Source: Planctomycetaceae bacterium (GTDB lineage Bacteria; Planctomycetota; Planctomycetia; Planctomycetales; Planctomycetaceae). Taken from it: a stretch of DNA of 64,000 nucleotides. The notes beneath the pieces were generated by a model that saw only the letters and a program-made list of their open reading frames with translations, ran no database searches and was not told the DNA's origin. The stretch spans positions 8,594-72,593 of the forward strand of contig JAEUII010000128.1 of assembly GCA_016795145.1 (NCBI GenBank). The letters run 5' to 3'. The position numbers were made by a program, and so were the translations under genes. Shown here piece by piece: positions 1 through 11,900 of the stretch (position 1 is the first letter of the stretch; the number at the start of each line of letters is the position of its first letter).

Positions 1-250
1 GCGCCTTCGCGAGATCCAGAACACACGTCACGGTCGGTCTCGCCAAGGCGCCGAGAGACAAAGTGGGCCTGAATCGTAACAAGTCAGGGCGAATTACCTT
101 ATCCACCTTGATCCTTGATCCATCAGATCCTGGTTTCGTGCTGTCGCCGCTTCGCGGCTGATCGGATTTCGATCACGCTGTTCCTCGGGCTTGCGCCCGA
201 GGCTATTTGCTGGCGCTGCTTCGCCGCTCAAAACACTGTTCAATGAGCAT

Positions 251-297
251 TGGTTCTTGGTTGTTGGTTGTTGGTTCCTCGTTCTTTGTTCTTTATT
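251..297. repeat. G/T-rich low-complexity element (A/C-rich on the other strand)
   Basis: The element reads tggttcttggttgttggttgttggttcctcgttctttgttctttatt. It shares the blocks tggttcttggttgtt and cgttctttgttctt with 22807-22861. Related copies lie at 36368-36400 and, inverted, at 28841-28865. Confidence 0.7.
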
Positions 298-331
298 CAT
301 TTGCATGGGTACCAAATGGCCGCTCCATTTG

Positions 332-520
332 GGAGCCGTTGATTCGTGTTGTTGCGATCTAGCCAGGTCGACCGCACGCTCCCGTCGGGCAAGGGTGGGG
401 AATCAGGTTCCCGAGTAGCCTGCGAACCGTGGCTTCAGACGGGGCAAGCCCGTCGGGGAGCTGTTGATTCGCGTTGTTGCGATCTGCTAGCTTGCGAGCC
501 GTTCGCTCCAGTCGGGCGAG
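332..520. repeat. Local imperfect tandem duplication with a period of about 125 bp
   Basis: ggagcYgttgattcgYgttgttgcgatct occurs at 332 and 457. The segment contains a 49-nt element (397-445) that recurs at 1294-1342. The ORFs 191..418 and 346..624 translate this repeat. Confidence 0.7.
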
Positions 521-640
521 CCGACTGGGGGCGAGTTTTTCAACCCAGAAATCGATCGGCGTATGCCGGGCGATTCATCCACGTATTTGAACGAGACCAC
601 TGGATCTCGGAAAGAATGTTCTAAGTAGAGGGCATCCCCC

Positions 641-1132
641 ATGATGGATTCCGTTGAGCTTCTGGTTCGGATTCTGAACGAAGCGTTTGAACGCAAATCG
701 TGGCACGGAACGAATCTGAAAGGATCGATTCGCGGTCTGACTTTCAAGCACGTTTCTTGGCGTCCTCAGCCTGAGCGTCACAACATCTGGGAGCATGTGC
801 TTCACTGTGCCTACTGGAAGTACACCGTCAGAAGGCGACTCACAGGTGAAAAGCGAGGTTCGTTTTCGTTGAAGGGGTCGAACTGGTTCGAACGACCAGT
901 TCCCGGATGCCAGGATCAGTCCGCATGGGACGACTCAGTCGAACTGCTCACGGAGACTCATCGATCGCTGGTTGCGGTCATCCAGTCGCTTTCTCCTGAT
1001 CAGTTGAACAAACCGGCAGCGGGTGGTGAAACGTCGATCCTGACACTCATCACGGGCATCGCTGCTCATGACACGTACCACGCGGGGCAAATTCAATTAC
1101 TGAAGAAACTGATGAACGCGAAGAAATCGTAG
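641..1132 (+). CDS. DinB-superfamily protein
   Basis: 163-aa ORF with an ATG start. The C-terminal AAHDTYHAGQIQLL motif and an N-terminal WHG segment are typical of DinB/YfiT-like four-helix-bundle proteins. Confidence 0.65.
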   Translation: MMDSVELLVRILNEAFERKSWHGTNLKGSIRGLTFKHVSWRPQPERHNIWEHVLHCAYWKYTVRRRLTGEKRGSFSLKGSNWFERPVPGCQDQSAWDDSVELLTETHRSLVAVIQSLSPDQLNKPAAGGETSILTLITGIAAHDTYHAGQIQLLKKLMNAKKS

Positions 1133-1293
1133 AGACCTCCCGGAGTTGGAAAACGGTGCGGAAAACGGTGCCATCCGTCCGCCACGATTCTGGGAGTCGG
1201 CCCACTGGAGCTTTGTTGGAGCAACTGGAAATCTCGGCGGAGCTGTGGGCGGACTATGTGAAGAATTTCCGCCTGCTTGTGAGATTTTGCTCT

Positions 1294-1342
1294 GGGGAAT
1301 CAGGCACCCGAGTAGCCTGCGAACCGTGGCTTCAGACGGGGC
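1294..1342. repeat. Second copy of the 49-nt dispersed element
   Basis: ggggaatcaggcacccgagtagcctgcgaaccgtggcttcagacggggca differs from 397-445 at only 2 positions. Confidence 0.8.
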
Positions 1343-1412
1343 ACGCCGATGAATCCAGTGAGGAAGGTGTGCTCACCAGGGTTTCAGGCGGTCGTGCTAC
1401 CCTTTGGATGTG

Positions 1413-1769
1413 CTATCCAAGTTCGGCTGTGAGCTTCTTTACCAGCTTCGCAAGCGACCTCGAATAATCGGCGAGTTCCGAATCGAGCCTTTGGCGGGGG
1501 ACGATGACGATGTCGAGCCCGGAAGGAAGATCATGTTGCAGTCGACGGAAGGCTTCTTTCAGTCGTCGCCGTTTGAGATTCCGAACAACTGCTGATCCAT
1601 GTTTTCGCGAAACGCTGACGCCAAGCCGAGTAGACGATGTGCCGTTCCTCAGCACGAACACCAGCAAATGTCCGTCGCCCGCTCGGAGACCGCGATCATA
1701 GATCTGCTCAAAGTCCAGCGACTTTCTCAGTCGCTGCTCGCGGGTGAATTTGTATCGTCGTCGCTCCAT
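1413..1769 (-). CDS. rnpA: Ribonuclease P protein component
   Basis: 118 aa and basic. It contains RLRKSLDFEQIY...RLGVSVSRKHGSAVVRNLKRRRLKEAFR, which matches the RnpA signature region. Confidence 0.8.
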   Translation of the reverse strand: MERRRYKFTREQRLRKSLDFEQIYDRGLRAGDGHLLVFVLRNGTSSTRLGVSVSRKHGSAVVRNLKRRRLKEAFRRLQHDLPSGLDIVIVPRQRLDSELADYSRSLAKLVKKLTAELG

Positions 1770-1822
1770 CGACGGAGCTTAGCAGGAATTCCGGATGCGA
1801 ACATGGCTCCGGGGCAATGACA

Positions 1823-2113
1823 TCAATGGCGAGATCGCTTCGTCCAGTCCTTCGTAAACGAGTAGAAGACGCAACTGATGATCACGAGTCCAATGCCTGT
1901 CTCCATCTCACCAAAGGCAAACTGGAACACTGCGGACATCGCAAAGAGGACACTGAAGCCGGTCAGGATCCATCCAAGAGTCTGTTGAAGTCGTGTCGGC
2001 GAATCTGTCACCACCGCAGATTCTGCCACCGCCTCACGTGCCCATTTCTCAGGTGTCCTGACGGGCTGTTGAGACTCTTCGGGCATCTGAAAACCTGCGA
2101 AAGCGAGCTTCAT
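1823..2113 (-). CDS. Hypothetical small membrane protein
   Basis: 96 aa with two hydrophobic helices (GWILTGFSVLFAMSAVFQFAF and GIGLVIISCVFYSF). A 111-aa ORF overlaps it on the plus strand, so the call is uncertain. Confidence 0.35.
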   Translation of the reverse strand: MKLAFAGFQMPEESQQPVRTPEKWAREAVAESAVVTDSPTRLQQTLGWILTGFSVLFAMSAVFQFAFGEMETGIGLVIISCVFYSFTKDWTKRSRH

Positions 2114-2169
2114 GAAAACATGGCGACACTGCGATCGCGTTCTCGAAACTGACGCACGCTTGCCGACGG

Positions 2170-2979
2170 CTACTTTCGTCCGCAGTCAGCCGTGAACCGA
2201 TGAGGCATGCCGCGACGTTCGAGTTCTGCGTTGAGCACACTGTGATAGTGGGCCAGCCGAATGTTGGCATCGTCGAGTGTTCCGCCGAACGAACGCTTTT
2301 CGTCGGTGTAGATTCGAGGCACGGCAAACTCACGGATCCGCCAGTTCAGGTTGGCGGCCTGGACCCACAACTGCAGTGGCATCGCGTAACCTGTCACGGT
2401 GATGTCAAGATCCGCGAGGGCAGAGACGCGATAGGCCTTGAAGCCACAAAAGGCATCCGTGATGTTCAGTCCGAGCTTTTCGTTGATACACGCGGTGATG
2501 CGAGAATTGATCTGACGGCGGTCGGCCGGAGCAAAACTGTCCCCGTGAAATTCCTTCAGATAGCGCGAGCCGGAGATCATGTCCGCCGGAGCGTATTCGT
2601 CATCAATCAGCTCTGCGATGTTTCGAACGTAGCGAGGCTGATGCTGACCATCGCAATCCATCGTGACAAGGATGTCGTAACCAAATCTCTGAGCGTAATC
2701 GAAGGCCGTTCTGAGAGCTGCGCCATAACCCTGATTGGGAATGTGGCGCTCGACATTCACCTGAGGAAACTGCTGGAGGATGTCGGCAGTTCCGTCGGTG
2801 GAACCGTCATCGACGACAAGCACATCATCCACATGCTGCAGCAATTCTGTGAGAACCGAGGCCACGTGAGTGACTTCGTTGTACACCGGCAAAGCTGTCA
2901 AAAGTCGAGCATTCATACGAGCCATCCTAGGCGGCAGGGGCAGAAAGTCAATTGGCGGCTTTCCGTCGATCCGGTACAC
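2170..2979 (-). CDS. Family 2 glycosyltransferase (dolichyl/polyprenyl-phosphate sugar transferase-like)
   Basis: It carries LPVYNE...VLVVDDGSTDGT...MDCDGQHQP, the GT2 DxD-type motifs. The true start may be the internal MARMNARLL at about 2925. Confidence 0.8.
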   Translation of the reverse strand: MYRIDGKPPIDFLPLPPRMARMNARLLTALPVYNEVTHVASVLTELLQHVDDVLVVDDGSTDGTADILQQFPQVNVERHIPNQGYGAALRTAFDYAQRFGYDILVTMDCDGQHQPRYVRNIAELIDDEYAPADMISGSRYLKEFHGDSFAPADRRQINSRITACINEKLGLNITDAFCGFKAYRVSALADLDITVTGYAMPLQLWVQAANLNWRIREFAVPRIYTDEKRSFGGTLDDANIRLAHYHSVLNAELERRGMPHRFTADCGRK

Positions 2980-3166
2980 AATACCCGATCGGACGGTCCG
3001 GTTTTGATGGATTCGACCATTTCTGAAAAACTCGGCAAAATTGTCATTCCGGAGTCAGTTGAGCCAATGGGGCATGACCGTAGAATGCCGACTAGTTGAA
3101 CCCATGGTTCGTGGAACAGTTGCGGCGAAGAACTTCGCCCGTTTGCAATCATCACAGGAGTTGTCG

Positions 3167-3778
3167 ATGCCCTACACACTGCCCAAGCTTCCTTACGCCT
3201 ACAATGCCCTCGAGCCACACATTGATGCTCGCACGATGGAAATCCATCACACCAAGCATCACCAGGCCTACATCAACAATGTGAACACAGCTCTCGAAGG
3301 TTCCCCACTGGCAGACAAGTCCGTCGAAGATCTGGTAAAGGACCTGAACGCCGTACCAGAAGCCATCCGTACTGTTGTTCGCAACAATGGTGGCGGCCAC
3401 TACAACCATTCGCTGTTCTGGACAATCCTGTCACCAACCGGTGGCGGCGCTCCAACGGGCGACATCGCAGCGGCCATCAATGCTGCTTTCGGCACCTTCG
3501 ATCATTTCAAGGAGCAGTTCAACAAGGCCGCAACAACTCGTTTCGGCAGCGGCTGGGCGTGGTTGAGCGTTCGCGCTGACGGGACTCTGGTCGTTGAAAG
3601 CACAGCGAACCAGGACACTCCGCTGTCAGAAGGTCGTACTCCAATTCTTGGCCTCGACGTCTGGGAACACGCATACTACCTGAACTACCAGAATCGACGT
3701 CCGGACTACATCGGCGCGTTCTGGAACCTGGTCAACTGGGAAGAAGTCACTCGCCGCTTCAAGGCAGCGAAGGGCTAA
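3167..3778 (+). CDS. sodA: Superoxide dismutase, Mn-type
   Basis: [54 protein letters not shown] and [19 protein letters not shown] are Fe/Mn-SOD signatures with Mn-type residues. The ATG at 3167 lies inside the longer ORF 3041..3778. Confidence 0.9.
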   Translation: MPYTLPKLPYAYNALEPHIDARTMEIHHTKHHQAYINNVNTALEGSPLADKSVEDLVKDLNAVPEAIRTVVRNNGGGHYNHSLFWTILSPTGGGAPTGDIAAAINAAFGTFDHFKEQFNKAATTRFGSGWAWLSVRADGTLVVESTANQDTPLSEGRTPILGLDVWEHAYYLNYQNRRPDYIGAFWNLVNWEEVTRRFKAAKG

Positions 3779-3852
3779 TCGAACCGGTTGATGCTCGTTG
3801 GAGTTCGCAGTTCACAACGGCGATGTCAACGAACGATGGATGAATGATGCAA

Positions 3853-3886
3853 GGCGATGACCATGATGTTGGTCATCGCCTTTTTC
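3853..3886 (+). terminator. Rho-independent terminator downstream of sodA
   Basis: A perfect 10-bp stem (ggcgatgacc / ggtcatcgcc) with an 8-nt loop is followed by tttttct. Confidence 0.75.
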
Positions 3887-4210
3887 TACGTCTACACATG
3901 CGCAACCTGGTGAAGAAAAACCTCCAGGGAATGTCCCTGGGAGCGTGTTTGCTCATGCGGCAAAACTCCTACTCCCTGGGAGGAAATTTACTATCCTTCT
4001 TGTATGATTTTTCCAACGAAAACCTACGTCACTCGTACTTTCTTCCTATGTGCTCGAAAAGCACAGCCCGCGACTTGTCAACTGTCGTGAATACAGCAGA
4101 ATTCGGAACAGCTCACACAAGTCCCCCGCATCTCAGCCCTCCTTCTGTGAGCGAGTCATTTGCGTTTGCCATTGTGACGTCTGATATTTTCAAAGGGTTG
4201 AGGCTTTTTC

Positions 4211-4522
4211 ATGGCACGAACTTACACGTTTCCTCGCACCAGCCGTGGTTCCAAAATCTTCCGTGTTGAATGGAAGAAGGACAATCCGTGGATTGCTGAA
4301 TACACCGTTCAGACGGCAGCAACATCATCGGTCGTTGTCCATGACGCGTCCGGCAAAGAACAGATTCTGATGGGCAAGGAGACGCTGCGTCAGTTTGCAT
4401 CGACTCCTGAAGAAGCCGTCTGCCGCGAATTCCAGCGCATTGCAAACAAGGTTTCTCGCCACGGTGCAGATGCAAAGGCAGCTGTTCTGCAGGCCGCAAA
4501 ACTCGGAACGCTGTTGAAGTAG
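4211..4522 (+). CDS. Hypothetical small protein
   Basis: 103-aa ORF with an ATG start and balanced composition. Hairpins follow at 4532-4553 and 4572-4589. No recognisable motif. Confidence 0.45.
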   Translation: MARTYTFPRTSRGSKIFRVEWKKDNPWIAEYTVQTAATSSVVVHDASGKEQILMGKETLRQFASTPEEAVCREFQRIANKVSRHGADAKAAVLQAAKLGTLLK

Positions 4523-4654
4523 TTCGTCTAAGTGCCGCGAGCCGTCGTGGCACTGGCAAACGGGAGGCGATGGGATCTTTAGCAAGATCCACTACCACTC
4601 GAGCTCTTTTGATTTGGAGTCGCAGTAACAGTGAAGCGACTCGTGGGTCATTGA

Positions 4655-5485
4655 TTACGGGATCACGAAGATGAACCCGGTCACTGCAGCAGCTTCCACG
4701 GCGACTGCCTTGACGGTAGGGCGAGGCATATAGGCGTTTGGTCCGAACGACGATCCCGTGGGGCAATCCTTCAGAGCACGCACCGTCTTGTGCGGATTGT
4801 CTGAAGCCATCATGTAGGGCAGCAACGGAATGCGCCCGGCAAAGTGAGCGATGCTGACAGCTTCGGTCAGGCATCCATAGGACTCACCACAACGTTCGAG
4901 ATTTGGATCCTCGAAGTAAAGTGGCTGATGTCGGAACGGAAACGAGTTTCGAGGCGGATGAGTCACATACCACGGAAGTGGAACGAACTGTTCCTCAACG
5001 CGCCGACCATCCAAAGAGACGACTGACTGCGGTGTCGCAAGAGGCTTTCCGTCTTCTGTCTTCGCAGACGTTGCATCAAACAGATTGACGGCCTGCAGAG
5101 ATCGAATGGCGACCGCGGATGAACGAGGCTCGTTCGCCTGAGCGGCCTCAACGGGTTGCGCTCCGTTTGGCTGTGCGCTATGCGGCTCGCCGGCGGATAC
5201 CTGCGATGCAGCCTGGTCGCCCGGCGCGGCAGCTTCGGGCATCGGCAGTACAGGAACCGTAGCCGATTCCGGCTGAGTCACGGGTTCCTGGTTCGCAGGA
5301 ACGGTCATGACGACCAGCAAAGTTTCTCCCTCAAACGCTTCATCGGCTGTCATCCGGGAGTAGTTCAAATGCAGGAACTCGGGCGGTTCAGAGTCGTCCG
5401 CATGGACAGCCGCACCGACGCTGCCAAGTAGGCCTGCGAGTGTGCAGACGAGCAGGGCTCGGATGGAGCCAAAGCGAACATCCAT
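4655..5485 (-). CDS. Hypothetical secreted protein
   Basis: The internal ATG at 5485 gives MDVRFGSIRALLVCTLAGLLGSVGAAVHA, a signal-peptide-like N-terminus. It contains a YFEDPNLERCGESYG...LLPY motif and a hydrophobic C-terminal tail. The upstream part of ORF 4655..5923 looks non-coding. Confidence 0.55.
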   Translation of the reverse strand: MDVRFGSIRALLVCTLAGLLGSVGAAVHADDSEPPEFLHLNYSRMTADEAFEGETLLVVMTVPANQEPVTQPESATVPVLPMPEAAAPGDQAASQVSAGEPHSAQPNGAQPVEAAQANEPRSSAVAIRSLQAVNLFDATSAKTEDGKPLATPQSVVSLDGRRVEEQFVPLPWYVTHPPRNSFPFRHQPLYFEDPNLERCGESYGCLTEAVSIAHFAGRIPLLPYMMASDNPHKTVRALKDCPTGSSFGPNAYMPRPTVKAVAVEAAAVTGFIFVIP

Positions 5486-5903
5486 GTTGCAATCCTGTTC
5501 AACAAGCCCGAAACCTGCGTCTGGCCGAATCCTTCCATGGATTCCTGCGAACCTCTGGTCCGGGGCGTCTGCCCAGACACGGGAGCCCCGAAACTCGACA
5601 GGCGCAGAGGACCCTGGTGAACTTTTCGGTATCGACGAACAGTGAAAGGGGGAATGAAACTCTGTGCTTTCCGTGGTGCAATCGTTACTTTTGGCAGGAC
5701 TCGTTCGTCTGTAATAATCGGGACAGATTGTCGCTATGAATCTGTTCAGTAAAGAAGAGGTCTGAGTCGGCGGACGAAGATCGACAGATGTCAGGGAAAA
5801 TACCGATTTTCCAGTAGCGGAACGCAGGTTGCGGAAGCATCCCGCCAGGGAAGTACGGGAAGGCAACTGATCGCGTCCACTGAACGAAGGTGCGGCACAA
5901 CTC

Positions 5904-8900
5904 ATGACGATACGCGCATTCATCCATCGCCTGCGTCGTTCATTTCAATTCTGGCTGGAGCAGCAACAGCGACACCGCGAACGCCGATTCCAGCCAGTCA
6001 GGCTGGAAGACCGTCGGCTGCCTGATGCCAGCTTTGCTCTGACAGGAACTGCTCTGGCCGTTGATAGTTTTGACGCGGGTGATTCGCTCCAGATTTCGTA
6101 CGATCCAGGCACCGGCCCTGGCACCGAGTCTTTTCAGTTGCAGTTGACCAGCGGAATCTGGGACGTCGCGGATCTTCCTGGTGGCCCCTTCGCACTGTCT
6201 CCGGATCTTCACACTCTGACCGTCGGGGCTTCATCGCTGAGTCAGCTGACCGTTGATGCCACCGGCAACGCGCTCGCCACAGTGACTCAGGGAACCGCGT
6301 TTGCCGCCGGGCAACTGACAATCCTGAGCGGTGGACAGGTTCAACTGAACGCCGCCGCAAACGACTTCGATCAGATCGCGGTCAACTCCGACTCGGCCGT
6401 TGTCTACGACGCAGATGACCTGTCGGTGACGCAACTTCAGACCACCGGCGATGCAACTCTGCATGCCGTCGGCGCACTCGACAACACCGCCGGCGCGCAG
6501 ATCGACGTTGGAGGACACGCGGAGTTTGAAGGAAGCCAGATCACACTGGGGACACACCTCGGGGATGTCGTTCAGTCGGCATCGCTCCAGTTTCATTCTG
6601 CAGGAACCGTCGAGATTCATGCAGATGCTGACGTCATGCTTTCGGGCAGCAGTGAAGCGAACTCACTTCTGCTGGAGTCTTCCGGCAGCATCACGAATGC
6701 AGCCGGTGCCACCATCGATGTGACCAATGAGGCAAACTTCCTGGCGACATCCGTGCGACTTGGCTTCGAAGTCGGTGATGACGTGAAGCTCGGGCAGTTC
6801 TCAGCCACGACAACCAGCGCTGCGGAATTGTCGGAAGACGACAGCACGACGTTCGGTGCTCAGGTCCATTCTGATTCACTGCATGTGATCAGCCAGGGCG
6901 AAATCACGAACTCGGCAGGCAGCAGCATTCATGTCACGAACAACGCAGACTTCGAAGGAAACTCACTGTCGCTCGGATTTCAGGCGGGTGACGACGTCGA
7001 GCTGGGATCACTCTCTGCAATCACAACCGGGGCCGCGGAACTTTCCGAAGATGACAGCACGCTCATCTCCGGAACACTGCAGTCCAGCACCTTGAAAGTG
7101 ATCAGCACGAGCGACATTACGAACGCCGACAACTCCAGTGTTTCTGTGACTGGACTCGCCGCGTTTGAAGGCAATTCTCTGACTCTTGGATTTGCCGCCG
7201 CAGACACAGTGAACCTTGGAAGCATTTCTTCAACGACGACGCTGGGAACAAGCCTCTCAGAAAACAGCGCAACGCTGATTGAAGGAACCCTTCAGGCTGC
7301 TGCAGTTAACCTGATCAGCGCAGGTGCCATTACGAATGCGGCAAATTCCAATGTCACCGTTACTGGAAATGCTGCGTTTGATGGCACGAACCTGAACCTC
7401 GGCTTTGCGAACAATGACACCATTCAGCTTGGTTCATTCTCGTCCAACACAACTGGAGCAACGGAACTGTCGGAAGACGACAGCACGCTCATCACAGGAA
7501 CAGTCCAGGCGGCTTCGCTCAACGTGGTGAGTACTGGCGCAATCACGAATGCAGCGGCTTCGACAGTGAGCGTGACTGGCAACGCGTCATTCAAAGGGAC
7601 AAGTCTCAGCCTCGGTTTTGCCAACAATGACACAGTGCAGCTTGGTTCATTCTCGTCAAACACAACCGGTGCGACCGATCTGTCTGAAGATGACAGCACA
7701 CTGATCTCCGGAACCGTCAGCGCTGCTTCTCTCACTATTGTCAGCGCCGGTTCGATCTCGGATGCGGCGAATGCAGCGGTCAGCATCACTGGTCATGCCG
7801 CGTTTGACGGAACCAGCCTGAATCTCGGCTTCGCCAACAATGACAGCGTCACACTGGGATCATTCTCTTCGACCACAACAGGAGCAACGAACCTGTCCGA
7901 GAATGACGGCTCGCTGATCTCAGGAACGGTGCAGGCCGCTTCATTGAATCTCATCAGCACGGGCACAATTTCGAACTCAGCAGCATCCACGGTCAGTGTT
8001 TCCGGCAACGCCTCATTCGACGGCACAAATATCAGCATCGGCGTTGCCAACAATGATGTCGTGACCCTGGGATCGTTTTCTGCCAATACGCCAGGAGCAG
8101 CATCGCTGTCGGAGGATGACAGCACATCCATCGAAGGTACGGTTCAGGCGGCGTCGCTCAACATTGTCAGCGCTGGTTCAATCACCAATGCGGCAACATC
8201 AACCGTCAACATCTCGGGCAATGCGTCGTTCAGTGGGACAAGTTTGAGCCTGGGTTTTGCAAATAATGATACTGTGCAGCTTGGTTCGCTTTCATCGAGC
8301 ACCACGGGCAGCACAGCGGTCTCCGAAGACAGCAGCACTCTGTTGGAAGGCATAGTGCAGGCCTCCACGCTGAATATTGTCAGCACAGGTTCAATCACGA
8401 ATGCCGCAAACTCAACAGTGAACATCGCCGGTAACGCCTCTTTCCGAGGAACAAGCCTGAACCTGGGATTTGCAAGTAATGACAGCGTCACGCTGGGGTC
8501 GTTTTCATCCAACACGACTGGTGCATCAGAACTCTTCGAGAATGATGGGACGTTGATTTCAGGAACCGTTCAGGCCGATTCACTGAAGATTGTCAGCGTT
8601 AGCGCCATTTCAAATGCCGCCAATTCAACGGTTAACGTCACGAACAACGCGTCGTTCAATGGCACCAGCTTGAATCTGGGTTTTGCGAACAACGATAACA
8701 TCCAACTTGGCTCGTTCTCCTCCACGACAACTGGTGCTGCAGCATTGTCAGAAAATGACAGCACTCTGATCGAAGGAACAGTCCAGGCCGCTTCACTGAA
8801 TCTCGTCAGCGCGGGCTCAATCACCAACGCAGCGAACGCGGGCATCAACGTCACGAATAACGCCTCGTTCAATGGCGCTAGTCTGAATCTGGGCTTTGCG

Positions 8901-11900
8901 AACAATGACAATGTGACGTTGGGCTCGTTCTCGTCCAGCACAGCCGGCGCGACAGCGTTGTCGGAAAACGACAGCACGCTGATCGAAGGAACCGTTCAGG
9001 CCGCTTCATTGAACCTGGTCAGCACCAGTTCAATGACCAACGCGGCAAACGCCATCGTCAACATCACGAGTAACGCTTCATTCACCGGCGCCAGCCTGAA
9101 CCTGGGATTTGCGAATAACGACAGCGTGACACTCGGATCTTTCTCATCCAACACGACCGGTGCGACAACGCTGTCAGAGAATGACAGCACGCTGATTGAA
9201 GGAACAGTTCAGGCAGCCTCGCTCAATATCGTCAGTGCTGGTTCGATCTCCAACGCTGCGAACTCCGGCGTCAACATCACCAACAATGCCTCGTTCAACG
9301 GCGCCAGTCTGGACCTCGGCTTTGCGAACAATGACAACGTGACGCTTGGCTCATTCTCGTCCAGCACAACCGGCGCGACAGCGCTGTCGGAAAATGACAG
9401 CACGCTGATCGAAGGGACCGTTCAGGCAGCCTCGCTGAACCTGGTCAGTACTGGCTCAATGACCAACGCGGCAAACTCCGTCGTCAATATTACTAACAAC
9501 GCGTCGTTCAATGGCGCGAGTTTGAACCTGGGGTTTGCGAATAATGACAACGTGACGCTGGGCTCTTTCTCCGCCACAACGACCGGAGCGACTGCACTTT
9601 CGGAGAACGACAGCACGCTGATCGAAGGAACGGTGCAGGCAGCCTCGCTGAATATCGTCAGCACCGGATCGATTACGAATGCAGCGAACTCCAGCGTGAG
9701 CGTCACCAACAACGCTTCCTTCAGTGGTGTCAGCCTGAACCTGGGCAACGCGAATAACGACAACATCCAGCTTGGTTCATTCTCGTCTAACACGACTGGA
9801 GCGACAGTGCTGTCGGAGAATGACAGCACGCTGATTGAAGGAACCGTTCAAGCCGCTTCGCTCAACATCGCCAGTTCGGGTTCCATCACAAACTCAGCGA
9901 ACTCCAGCGTCAGCATCACGAACAACGCTTCGTTCAACGGAACCAGTCTGAACCTGGGATTTGCGAACAACGACCAGGTGACGCTGGGATCGTTTTCATC
10001 TACGACAACCGGTGCAACAGCGCTGTCAGAAAACGACAACACTCTGATCGAAGGGACCGTTCAGGCGGCTTCGCTCAATATCGTCAGCACGGGATCGATC
10101 TCGAACGCAGCGAACTCAAACGTCAGCATCACCAACAACGCTTCGTTCAACGGAACCAGCCTGAACCTGGGATTTGCGAACAACGACCAGGTGACGCTGG
10201 GATCGTTTTCATCTACGACAACCGGTGCGACAGCGCTATCAGAAAATGACGGCACGCTGATCGAAGGAACAGTTCAGGCCGCATCACTGAATCTCGTCAG
10301 CACAGGTTCGATCTCGAACGCAGCGAACTCAAACGTCAGCATCACCAACAACGCTTCGTTCAACGGAACCAGCCTGAATCTGGGTTTTGCGAACAATGAC
10401 AACGTGACGCTTGGCTCTTTCACATCCACCACGACTGGTGCTGCGGAACTCTCAGAAAATGACAGCACACTGATCGAAGGAACCTTGCAGGCGGCTTCGC
10501 TGAATATCGTCAGCACTGGATCGATCTCGAACGCAGCAAGTTCAAGCGTCAGCATCACGAATAACGCCTCGTTCAACGGCACCAGCTTGAACCTGGGTTT
10601 TGCGAACAATGACAACGTGACGCTCGGCTCGTTTTCATCCAGCACGACTGGTGCGACGGCGTTGTCGGAGAATGACAGCACGCTCATCGAAGGGACCGTG
10701 CAGGCGGCTTCGCTGAACATGGTCAGCACCGGCTCCATTACCAATGCGGACAGCTCCAGCATTAACGTCACGAACAACGCTTCATTCGTTGGCACCAGTC
10801 TGAACCTGGGGTTTGCGAATAATGACAACGTCCAACTCGGTTCATTCTCCTCCAACACAACTGGTGCGACAGTGCTGTCAGAAAACAACAGCACGCTGAT
10901 CGAAGGAACCGTACAAGCCGCTTCGCTGAATCTCGTCAGCGCTGGATCGATCTCGAACGCAGCAAACTCAAACGTCAACATCACCAACAATGCCTCGTTC
11001 AACGGCACCAGTCTGAACCTTGGTTTCGCAAACAACGATAGCATCACTCTGGGATCGTTCTCCTCTAACACCACAGGTGCGACGGCGCTGTCCGAAAATG
11101 GAGATACGCTGTTAGACAGTCAGTTGCAGGCCGGCTCGGCTCTGATTCGTTCGACAGGAAACATCACCAATTCCCCGGGCCTGGCAGTCAACGTCACCGG
11201 GCTGCTGGACCTGTCCGCAAATACGATCACGCTGGGCAACAATCCTTCAGATTCCGTCACGATGGGGTCACTGCATTTTCAGTCGACCGGTGCCACAACG
11301 ATCACGGCCAACGGCATTGTGCTGGAATCCGGCAATCAGGCTCAAACGGTTCAGTTGAACTCTCTTTCCGGGATATCAGCTGTCTCATCGGCGTCAACCA
11401 CGATCACCGCGGACACGACAACCCTGGTCGCAACTAATGGAATCGGCACGGCATCTGTCAGAGTCGTCCTGGATACTGACCAGCTTCAAACACAAACCGG
11501 GGCGTCACAGTTTCTGCGCCTGACAGGTTCGACCACTCTGAATCTGCTGAAGTCGGATTCTGGATCAATCGACATCGTGGGAACGGACCTGATCGACGGA
11601 AATGGAACCAACGTCAATCTCGACGCAGCCATCGGATCGATTCAACTTCAACTGACAGGAGACGCGGGACAGGTTCCTGCTGATGTGTTCAAACCTGGAT
11701 TACTCGATGTGATCGAAACTCGCAGCCAGCAGCTGAGCTTCCAGACTCCTGGCGACATAGCGATCCGTGCTCTGCAGAATGTGAGCCTTGGGAACATCTC
11801 CGGCCGCAATATCTGGCTGACGGGTGACGGCAATCTCAATCTGTCATCAGCGAGTGTCACAGCAACAAATCTGGGACTGATCGCGGTCAACGGAGTAGTG

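Noticed and set aside
191-624. ORFs 191..418 and 346..624. Similar cases are 22803..23117, 26895..27227, 27983..28387, 31894..32208, 38365..38622 and 42333..42696.
   Set aside because: They translate dispersed or tandem repeat elements, and the same peptide strings recur wherever the DNA repeat recurs (for example GESGxRVACEPWLQTG). They lie in intergenic regions and have no coding-like composition.
1770-1900. Expected rpmH (ribosomal protein L34) immediately upstream of rnpA.
   Set aside because: Translating the minus strand upstream of the rnpA start gives no L34-like basic peptide. The frame ending just before rnpA reads ...HVRIRNSC-stop. rpmH appears to lie elsewhere.
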